Shown one piece after another: positions 35,841 through 42,992 of a stretch of 53,311 nt of DNA. The translations under genes were made by a program, and so were the position numbers. The notes beneath the pieces were generated by a model. The model had not been told where the DNA came from, made no database searches, and was given only the letters and a program-made list of their open reading frames with translations. Source of the stretch: an uncultured Victivallales bacterium (GTDB taxonomy: Bacteria > Verrucomicrobiota > Kiritimatiellia > UBA8416); the NCBI GenBank assembly GCA_964583785.1, contig CAZOXS010000227.1:1-53311 (forward strand), in the 5' to 3' direction. The stretch's first letter is position 1, and the number at the start of each line of letters is the position of its first letter.

Positions 35841-37190
35841 CTACAGCGAGAGGATACGGGCGGTGTCCGGCCGGGAGGCGCAAAGCCGCGGGCAAGTCTC
35901 GATAAAATCGGAAACGTTACGCAAACACAGGGCGTGCATCGCGATGCCGGGGTTCCCCGGCCAGCGGTACTCGATATCGCGCAGCGTGAGCCGCCGCACA
36001 TTGTCCGCCACCACAGCCGCCCGGCAAGCCCGGGTGTGCGGGTTGAAGTTCGATAGCTGCAGGCTGGTGGAGCGCGGAACGGTCTCCACCGGATCCTCGA
36101 TCTCGGGTACCGTGATCACCGCATTGTCAATCGTCAGGCCGTCGATCACGGCACCATCCTGGGCGGTCAGCATGATCCGTCCCCGGCTCTCGCAATAGAT
36201 ATCCCGGAACAGCATGTCCTGCACCGAACCCAGTGCGCCGCCGGGGCGCCGTTGCTCCTGTATGTCCACGTAGATCGGCCGCTCGTTCTCCACATCCTCG
36301 TCGGGAAAGGTACGCCCCGTGATGCCGCTGAAAATGGCCCGCTGCACCTGCCCCGGGAACCACATTTCAACCTGGATCATGCGCAAGGCCTTCTTGACGA
36401 TGCAATTGCTGAAAATGACATCCGAGATGCTGCCGTAGACATCCGCCCCCAGGCCCAGTCCGGCACAATTGGAGGCCACGATGCAGTTGGTCACGGTGAT
36501 ACTACGACAATCCATCCCGGGGTCGGTGGACTTGATGATGATGGCGTCATCCCCCGTGTCGACATCGCAGTGCATAATGCGCACGTTGCGGCTGCCATTG
36601 ATCCCGATCCCATCGGTATGCGGCCCGAAGCGATGGCCGCGAATCGTCAAGCCCGAGACGGAGACATGATCGCAGTCGTACACATGCACGGTCCAGCCCG
36701 GCGCGGACTGCACGTGGAAGCGTTCCAGCCGGACATCGCGGCACCGCACGATCTGCACCAACGGACTCGGCCGACTCTGCAGGGAGCCACGCACCTTGTA
36801 GCGAAAGATGCCATAGGGTCGCTCATGTCTGGATTCGCACGGATCCCAGAAGGCAAGATCATTGCCGTCAATCACCCCATCGCCGGTAATCGCCACATCC
36901 CGGCAATCGATCGCCGCAATCAGATTGGCCCGGGGCCGATACTGATAGACGACGGGAAGCGGCTTATCAGGATAGTCGTCGATCTTGTGCCAGGCCCACA
37001 GACAGCAGCCACGCAGCAGTTGCAACTCGACCCCGGAACGCATGAACAGCGTCGTGATCGGATAAAGCCCCGGCTGCAGCCGCACGACGCCCCCGCCGGC
37101 ATCATGCACCCGGTCAATGGCGGACTGGATCAGCCCCGCCAGGGGCGGCCCGTCGGAAACACCCGCCTGCTTCTCAATATCAATCCGCAT
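35841..37190 (-). CDS. GH28-like right-handed beta-helix glycosidase (polygalacturonase family-like), no signal peptide
   Basis: Contains GPHTDGIGINGSRNVRI and DTGDDAIIIKS (the NTD and GDD catalytic Asp motifs), plus repetitive beta-helix turns. Confidence 0.75.
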   Translation of the reverse strand: MRIDIEKQAGVSDGPPLAGLIQSAIDRVHDAGGGVVRLQPGLYPITTLFMRSGVELQLLRGCCLWAWHKIDDYPDKPLPVVYQYRPRANLIAAIDCRDVAITGDGVIDGNDLAFWDPCESRHERPYGIFRYKVRGSLQSRPSPLVQIVRCRDVRLERFHVQSAPGWTVHVYDCDHVSVSGLTIRGHRFGPHTDGIGINGSRNVRIMHCDVDTGDDAIIIKSTDPGMDCRSITVTNCIVASNCAGLGLGADVYGSISDVIFSNCIVKKALRMIQVEMWFPGQVQRAIFSGITGRTFPDEDVENERPIYVDIQEQRRPGGALGSVQDMLFRDIYCESRGRIMLTAQDGAVIDGLTIDNAVITVPEIEDPVETVPRSTSLQLSNFNPHTRACRAAVVADNVRRLTLRDIEYRWPGNPGIAMHALCLRNVSDFIETCPRLCASRPDTARILSL

Positions 37191-37305
37191 ATCACCACGC
37201 TCCCATCACAAGCTTATACCAGATAGCCGGCCAAAGCCCAATACCTTTCACGGAATCAGCCACACGCGCCGCTGTGGACAAGTACGGGGTCAAGAGAGAG
37301 GGTTG

Positions 37306-38979
37306 TCAGGCGTCGCGTTTATCCAGCAGCTTGCGCAACTTCATGCCGACGAGACAGACATCGTCGTCAAAGCGTTTGCGACCGGAAAACGCCTGTACAT
37401 CACCGACCAGGGCTTCCAGCATGCCGGTGACATCCCTCGCGGCATGCCGGCAGAGGCTTTCTCCGAGACGGGCGGTATCGAAGCTATCCGTATCCGCGTT
37501 CTCGGCCTCGACGATCCCGTCGGTGAAGAAGACAATCGCGTCGTCGGGATCCATGTGCGCCATCTGCTGGTGATATTCCGTGGAGGGGAAAAGGCCCAGC
37601 GCCGGGTCGACAATGCTGGCGTCGTGCTCCAGCGCGGCCGCCTGGGCGTTCTGCAACAGGACGGGCAGCGGATGGCCGGCACTGGCATACACGACCTCTC
37701 CGGTGGTGATATCCAGAACCATGTAGAAGGCCGTGGCGAACATGGTCTGCCCGGGGTGGTTGACGACACGACTTAAGTCCGTGTTCATGTGCGAGAGAAA
37801 GGCGGCCGGATCGTAGCGGAAGGGCCCGAGCTCCTCGATCAGCCCGCGGATCGTGGCCACGATCAGCGCGGACCGCACGCCATGACCCATGACATCCGAG
37901 ATAAAGATACCCACCCGGCTCATGGACACAGCGAAGATCTCGAAGAAGTCGCCACCGACGGCCCCACTGGGGATGTAGACATGACCTAATTCCATGGCCG
38001 ACTCGGCGGGTTCAACACCGGGCGGGAATGTCGGGTACTCGCGCTGGATGAAGGCCAACTGGAATTCCTTGGCCAGGTTGAGATCCTCGGCAAGCTGGGC
38101 GTTGTGCTCAACCAGCTCGTGATGGATGCGTTTCTGGTCGCTGATATCCAGCAGCGACCAGACCATGCCGACCACATCACCCTCCGCATCGATGTTCGGT
38201 GCTACCGAGGCCTGCACGAACATCGTGGTTCCGTCCGCGCAAAGCATCTCCAGCTCGCCGCTCCAGGGCTCGCCCTGCGACGTCGTCTTGCGGATGGTGC
38301 TGCCCAACCGCGGGTCACAAAGGAACGAGGTGATCTGCGGCGGCGGCTTCTGGCCTTCCACGATACCCAGCAGGGCGCACATCGCCGGATTGCTGTACTC
38401 CAGCGTAGCTTCCTCGTCGGTCACGGCAATCCCGTTGCCCGAGTTCTGGATGGCCGCATGCCCGGTGCGCAGGCGCTCCTCGGCCTCCTTGCGCAGGGTG
38501 ACGTCGCGAATAAAGAAACTGAGGTAATCATGATCGGTGATACGCAGCATATTCACGGAGACTTCCGCCGGGAAGACGCTCTTGTCAGCACGCGTGCAAT
38601 AGGCCTGGATCAGGATATAACGATCGTCCTGGAGGCTGTCGCGGATGGTGGACATCAGGGCCTCGTCCGATCCCGAAAGCAGGTCGGTGATCTGGAGGTT
38701 GGCGAACTGGCTGACCACGTACTGGAAGAACTGCTCGGCGCGGCGGTTGCTGCGGACGACGCGCCCTTCCAGGTTGGTAATGATGGCGGCATCGTAGACG
38801 CTCTGGAGCAGCTCCCGGAAATCGGCGCTGCCGACGATTTCGCACTGCTCGGCAACCGTCGCGTCGGCAGGCGCAGGCGATCCTTGCCCGGAAGGACCGG
38901 TCGCCGTCTCGCTGCGCTCGTCCACATCAGCCGTCAGGTCAATGCGCATCGTCGAAGAGAATTTGTGTTTTTCCGGCAT
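37306..38979 (-). CDS. PAS-domain PP2C/SpoIIE-family serine phosphatase (RsbU-like)
   Basis: Two PAS-like segments, then GGDFFEIF...DVMGHG...FFTDGIVEA. The ATG at 38979 is preferred over the TTG at 38988. Confidence 0.88.
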   Translation of the reverse strand: MPEKHKFSSTMRIDLTADVDERSETATGPSGQGSPAPADATVAEQCEIVGSADFRELLQSVYDAAIITNLEGRVVRSNRRAEQFFQYVVSQFANLQITDLLSGSDEALMSTIRDSLQDDRYILIQAYCTRADKSVFPAEVSVNMLRITDHDYLSFFIRDVTLRKEAEERLRTGHAAIQNSGNGIAVTDEEATLEYSNPAMCALLGIVEGQKPPPQITSFLCDPRLGSTIRKTTSQGEPWSGELEMLCADGTTMFVQASVAPNIDAEGDVVGMVWSLLDISDQKRIHHELVEHNAQLAEDLNLAKEFQLAFIQREYPTFPPGVEPAESAMELGHVYIPSGAVGGDFFEIFAVSMSRVGIFISDVMGHGVRSALIVATIRGLIEELGPFRYDPAAFLSHMNTDLSRVVNHPGQTMFATAFYMVLDITTGEVVYASAGHPLPVLLQNAQAAALEHDASIVDPALGLFPSTEYHQQMAHMDPDDAIVFFTDGIVEAENADTDSFDTARLGESLCRHAARDVTGMLEALVGDVQAFSGRKRFDDDVCLVGMKLRKLLDKRDA

Positions 38980-39136
38980 CGCTATCAAACTCCATGTGGC
39001 ACTAATCTAAAGGCCGGAATCCCTAAAGGCGAGCATAAACATTCGAATCGTGCGTGACAACCCATTGGAAAAAGAGGGATAAAAAGAGTTGTAGACCAAT
39101 CCTTATCACGATACCATGCGATCGTTCCTTATACAA

Positions 39137-39170
39137 ACGCGACGGCATGACGCGACGGCATGACGCGGCG
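39137..39170. repeat. 13-bp tandem duplication (2.6 units)
   Basis: ACGCGACGGCATG occurs twice (39137-39162), followed by ACGCGGCG. It lies 40 nt upstream of the LTD gene start. Confidence 0.85.
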
Positions 39171-39209
39171 ATCATACGTTCCGAATATGCACACCATACA
39201 AGGGCAGGT

Positions 39210-40319
39210 ATGAATAGGTTTTTTTGCATCTGGCTCGTGATCGCGACCGCTTCCCATATCGCTACCGCCCAGGACATCATCTGGGAGGAGGATTTCACCG
39301 GCCAGACCGGCAAGGGTATCACGGCGGGGCCGGTCACGAATATGACGGATATCTCGAAGTGGTCCGTCTCGATACATGCCGAGTTCCCGACCAATGCGTA
39401 TCTGATGGTGGCGACAAATGCAACCCTGAAGGAATACTTCGAGAGCTATCGCCTCGGCGGCGAATGCGTCTGGCAATCCGAAAGCATCGATATCTCGTCC
39501 GCCGGACCGGTGGATCTGAGCCTACAGTTGCAGGAGGCATCAGCAACCACCATGACATCAAACGACTGGATCGGGGTATACTACCGTCTTGATGGGGGTG
39601 GCGAAATTATGTTTGCCGAGAACGGTTTTCTCTCGGGTGAATACGGAAGCACATGGATCACCGCCAGACAGCCTTGCCTATCCGGCACCGGCGTGGTCAT
39701 TAACGTCCGTATGCGAACCACACTGGCCAACAAGAACCACCGGATCGATAATGCGCGCGTCACCGAAACCAGCGTCCTTCACCCCTTGGTGCCGGGCAGG
39801 ATCTGGATCAACGAATTCCACTACGACAATAGCGGGGGCGACACCAACGAGGGCGTCGAGATTGCCGGGCCGGCCGGCTACGACCTCACGGGACACAAGG
39901 TCTATTTATACAACGGCGGCGACGGCTCGTATTACACGCCTGTCCTGAATCTAACCGGTACGATTGATGACGAAGGCAACGGTTTCGGTGCGGTCTGGTT
40001 CGACCTCGCAGGCATTCAAAATGGTGCGCCCGACGGGATGGCTCTGGTCCAGGAGAACAGTAGCGGCACCAATATCTTGCAAATCCTTTCGTATGAAGGC
40101 GGTTTCGCATTAACCGACGGCCCCGCCGGCGGTTGGTTTGCCGCTGATATCGGAGTGGCGCAGCCCGATGACAATCCGATTGGCCAAACACTCCAGTTGA
40201 TCGGCAAGAGCCAGACCTGGACCGACTTCACCTGGACGGGACCGGTCGAGCATTCCCGCGGCAGCCTGAACGCGGGACAGCAGATTGTGCGGCCCGGTTT
40301 TGTCCTCATCATCCGCTAG
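39210..40319 (+). CDS. Secreted lamin-tail-domain (LTD) protein
   Basis: Signal peptide MNRFFCIWLVIATASHIATAQD. The C-terminal half (RIWINEFHYDNSGGDTNEGVEIAG...YLYNGGDGS...DGMALV) matches the LTD pattern. Confidence 0.75.
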   Translation: MNRFFCIWLVIATASHIATAQDIIWEEDFTGQTGKGITAGPVTNMTDISKWSVSIHAEFPTNAYLMVATNATLKEYFESYRLGGECVWQSESIDISSAGPVDLSLQLQEASATTMTSNDWIGVYYRLDGGGEIMFAENGFLSGEYGSTWITARQPCLSGTGVVINVRMRTTLANKNHRIDNARVTETSVLHPLVPGRIWINEFHYDNSGGDTNEGVEIAGPAGYDLTGHKVYLYNGGDGSYYTPVLNLTGTIDDEGNGFGAVWFDLAGIQNGAPDGMALVQENSSGTNILQILSYEGGFALTDGPAGGWFAADIGVAQPDDNPIGQTLQLIGKSQTWTDFTWTGPVEHSRGSLNAGQQIVRPGFVLIIR

Positions 40320-40366
40320 CCGTAGCACCATGCCCGATGCCGCCGGTTTCGAGCGAGCCGGAAAAC

Positions 40367-40396
40367 TTGACAATAAAACGCGGAGCGGTGCATAGT
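40367..40396 (+). promoter_or_regulatory. Candidate promoter for argC
   Basis: TTGACA (40367-40372), an 18-nt spacer, then CATAGT (40391-40396). It lies 45 nt before the ATG. Confidence 0.3.
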
Positions 40397-40440
40397 TGCG
40401 ACGGTTTCCAGCGGTCGATCTCAAGCAGAAGGAATGAATC

Positions 40441-41496
40441 ATGATTCGGGCAAAAATCATCGGTGCCAGTGGCTACGGCGGAGTCGGCATCATCGAACTG
40501 TTGATGCAGCACCCAGGAGTTACCATCGGGGCCTTGGTGGCGGTGGAAAGCGTGGGTTCCCCCATCAGCGATATGTACCCGCATCTCAAGGGCTTCTGCG
40601 ATCTGCCGATTCTCTCGGTCGACCAGGCCGAGGGCGATTTCGACGTGACGTTCATGTCCACGCCGGACCGCGTCGGCATGAAGCTGGCCGCCGCCGAACT
40701 GGCCGCCGGCCGCAAGGTAATCGATTACAGCGGCGATTTCCGTTTCAACACGCCCGAGGCCTACGCCGCCTACGCCCGCCGCATCGGCCTGGATCCCGAG
40801 CACGCCAGTCCCGAACTGCTACCACAATCAGTCTACGGCCTGGCCGAACTGCACCGCGCCGAGATCAACCCCTCGCAAGCACTGGTCGGCAACCCCGGCT
40901 GCTTTGCCGTCAGTTGCATCCTGGGGCTTGCCCCGGCCATGAAGGAGCACCTGATTCGCCCCGACAGCATTATCTGCGATTGCAAGACCGGAGTCTCGGG
41001 CGCCGGCAAGAAACTCAACGCCTCCTTCCACTACCCGGCGCGCTACGAGCAGATGAATGCCTACCGGTTATCGGGGCACCAGCACGTCTGCGAAGTCGAA
41101 CGCGAGCTCGGCCTACAGGCCGGTATCGACGACCTGAAGATCACCTTCACCGCCCAGGTGGTACCGGTCTGCCGCGGGATCATGTCGACCCTCTACGGCA
41201 CGCTCAGCGAAAGTATGAGCGAGGCGGAAGTGCTCGAGCGCTACCAGGCCTTCTACGCGGACTCGCCGTTTGTGCGCGTGCTCGAAAGCGTGGCCCCCGT
41301 CGGCTCGATGCATGTGCGCGGCACCAACTTCTGCAACCTGGTGGTCAGCGTCGATGAACGCACGAACCGCCTGAGGGTGGTCTCCTACATCGATAACCTG
41401 CTGAAAGGTCAAGCCGGTTCCGCCCTGCAGAACATGAACCTGCTCTTCGGTCTTGATGAAACCACCGGCATGAACCGGCCCGCCAATTACCCGTGA
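40441..41496 (+). CDS. argC: N-acetyl-gamma-glutamyl-phosphate reductase
   Basis: IIGASGYGGVGIIELL (Rossmann fold), active site GNPGCFAV, and C-terminal IDNLLKGQAGSALQNMN. Confidence 0.95.
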   Translation: MIRAKIIGASGYGGVGIIELLMQHPGVTIGALVAVESVGSPISDMYPHLKGFCDLPILSVDQAEGDFDVTFMSTPDRVGMKLAAAELAAGRKVIDYSGDFRFNTPEAYAAYARRIGLDPEHASPELLPQSVYGLAELHRAEINPSQALVGNPGCFAVSCILGLAPAMKEHLIRPDSIICDCKTGVSGAGKKLNASFHYPARYEQMNAYRLSGHQHVCEVERELGLQAGIDDLKITFTAQVVPVCRGIMSTLYGTLSESMSEAEVLERYQAFYADSPFVRVLESVAPVGSMHVRGTNFCNLVVSVDERTNRLRVVSYIDNLLKGQAGSALQNMNLLFGLDETTGMNRPANYP

Positions 41497-41575
41497 TCCG
41501 GTACGCCACCGCCCGCGTGGCGGCCGGATTCCCGTTTTCGCACATTAACAGCCACATAACAAAAGGAGAGACGCC

Positions 41576-42028
41576 ATGAGTCCACAGGACGCGGTCCGCA
41601 CCACCATCGGTGAGGATGTCGAGATCACCGGGAACATCAAATGCGAAAGCGGGATCCAGATCAACGGCAAGCTTAACGGCGACCTGACCTGCGCTAGCCA
41701 GGCGCAGATCGGTTCCAGTTGCTCCGTCAAGGGGAACCTGTCGGTCGAGACGGTCTCGATCATGGGACAGGTCAACGGCAACATCACCGCCAAGGACAAG
41801 ATCGAACTCAAATCGACCGCCAAGCTGCACGGCGATATCCGTGCCCGCCGCCTGACGGTCGAGGACGGCGTGACGTTTGTCGGCAAGGTCGAGGTCAATC
41901 CGGGCGGCGCGGGTGGCTCGAAGCCGCAGGAGCCAAGGCAGCCGGTGGTGGCTGATCTGGATGACGAAGACGAGCCGGTGAAGGAGACGCCGCCCGAACC
42001 CCAGGGCAAGGGTATCTTCCGCCGCTAG
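41576..42028 (+). CDS. Bactofilin (polymer-forming cytoskeletal protein, DUF583)
   Basis: Repetitive beta-helix segments (VEITGNIKCESGIQINGKLNGDL...IMGQVNGNI...LHGDIRARRLTVEDGVTFVGKV) with a Pro/acidic tail. Confidence 0.88.
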   Translation: MSPQDAVRTTIGEDVEITGNIKCESGIQINGKLNGDLTCASQAQIGSSCSVKGNLSVETVSIMGQVNGNITAKDKIELKSTAKLHGDIRARRLTVEDGVTFVGKVEVNPGGAGGSKPQEPRQPVVADLDDEDEPVKETPPEPQGKGIFRR

Positions 42029-42124
42029 CCAGCCGTCCGCGTGCGGTCGTCTCGTCGACCGCGCAATCCGTTCCGTCCGGGCTGCCGTATCCACGACAGC
42101 CGGAAACCGATTCCGGAGCTGGCC

Positions 42125-42856
42125 ATGCCGCGTCCTGATCATAATGGGATGATAGACGGGTATTCCTCGGTGCAGGCGCTTCGCCGTTTAGACGGTAAAG
42201 CCTCGCCCCGAGCGAAGCCGCCGGAGGAGTCTGCCCTCGACGAGGGCGCGGCCGCGCCGCCGAAGCCGGCCGGCTTCGGGCATACCGCCCTGCCAACCCG
42301 CCATGAGCTGATCTGCTACTCCTGCGGCTATGCCTTCGTGGTGACTGGTCGGCTCGACAAGGTCATCTGCCCGAAGTGTAGGACCCAGCTCGAGACCGGG
42401 GACAAGCACATCGACGGGGCCTGGAGCGGAAACCTGAAAACGGTCGGTCGCGTCTACATCAATAGCGGGGCGACGGTCACGTCCTCCAGCATCGTGGCCA
42501 TGGATATCCGCGTGGCTGGTATCTGCCGAAACACGCGCCTGGAACCGACGCGCCACCTCGAACTCGACAGCGGCGCACAAGTCGAGATCGACAAGCTCGG
42601 CAAGCAACGGCTCGTGATCATCGAGGATGCAAAGCTGACCTTCGACGAGCCCCTGCGCTGTCGCTCGCTCGATATCCACGGCGAACTCCAGGCCGATGCG
42701 CGCCCGTCGGAACGCGCCATTCTGCATCCGACCGGTATGTTCCGCGGCACACTGCATGCGCCGCGCCTGATCGTGCACGAGGGCGCGGGCCTGAAGGCCC
42801 ACCTGCACATCGCCCCGCCGAAACCGAATCCGGTCCCCGAAACCGCCCCGCCCTAG
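42125..42856 (+). CDS. Zinc-ribbon + bactofilin-like beta-helix protein
   Basis: CYSCG..(14)..CPKC, followed by bactofilin-like repeats (GNLKTVGRVYINSGATV..., HGELQADA..., LHAPRLIVHEGAGLKAHL). The ATG at 42125 is preceded by GGAG. Confidence 0.7.
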   Translation: MPRPDHNGMIDGYSSVQALRRLDGKASPRAKPPEESALDEGAAAPPKPAGFGHTALPTRHELICYSCGYAFVVTGRLDKVICPKCRTQLETGDKHIDGAWSGNLKTVGRVYINSGATVTSSSIVAMDIRVAGICRNTRLEPTRHLELDSGAQVEIDKLGKQRLVIIEDAKLTFDEPLRCRSLDIHGELQADARPSERAILHPTGMFRGTLHAPRLIVHEGAGLKAHLHIAPPKPNPVPETAPP

Positions 42857-42990
42857 CAGGACGTTGCAGGGATAAAGCCAAACAGGCGTAGCTTCGATTT
42901 CATCAGGGAACCCAAGACCGGCAGATCTTTCGGATAGACCGAGATCAGCCGTTTTCCCTCCTGCTGATAAAGGATCTGCTTCTTGTACAT
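42853..42990 (-). CDS. Hypothetical 45-aa ORF filling the convergent spacer downstream of the helicase gene
   Basis: Hand translation gives MYKKQILYQQEGKRLISVYPKDLPVLGSLMKSKLRLFGFIPATSC*. The ATG lies 2 nt after the helicase TGA. There is no recognisable family and no SD. Confidence 0.2.
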   Translation of the reverse strand: MYKKQILYQQEGKRLISVYPKDLPVLGSLMKSKLRLFGFIPATSC

Positions 42991-42992
42991 GC

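Noticed and set aside
40434-41357. 307-aa plus-strand ORF overlapping argC in another frame
   Set aside because: The argC frame carries the diagnostic motifs (GNPGCFA, IDNLLKGQAG). The alternative frame is Arg/Pro/Gly-rich noise.
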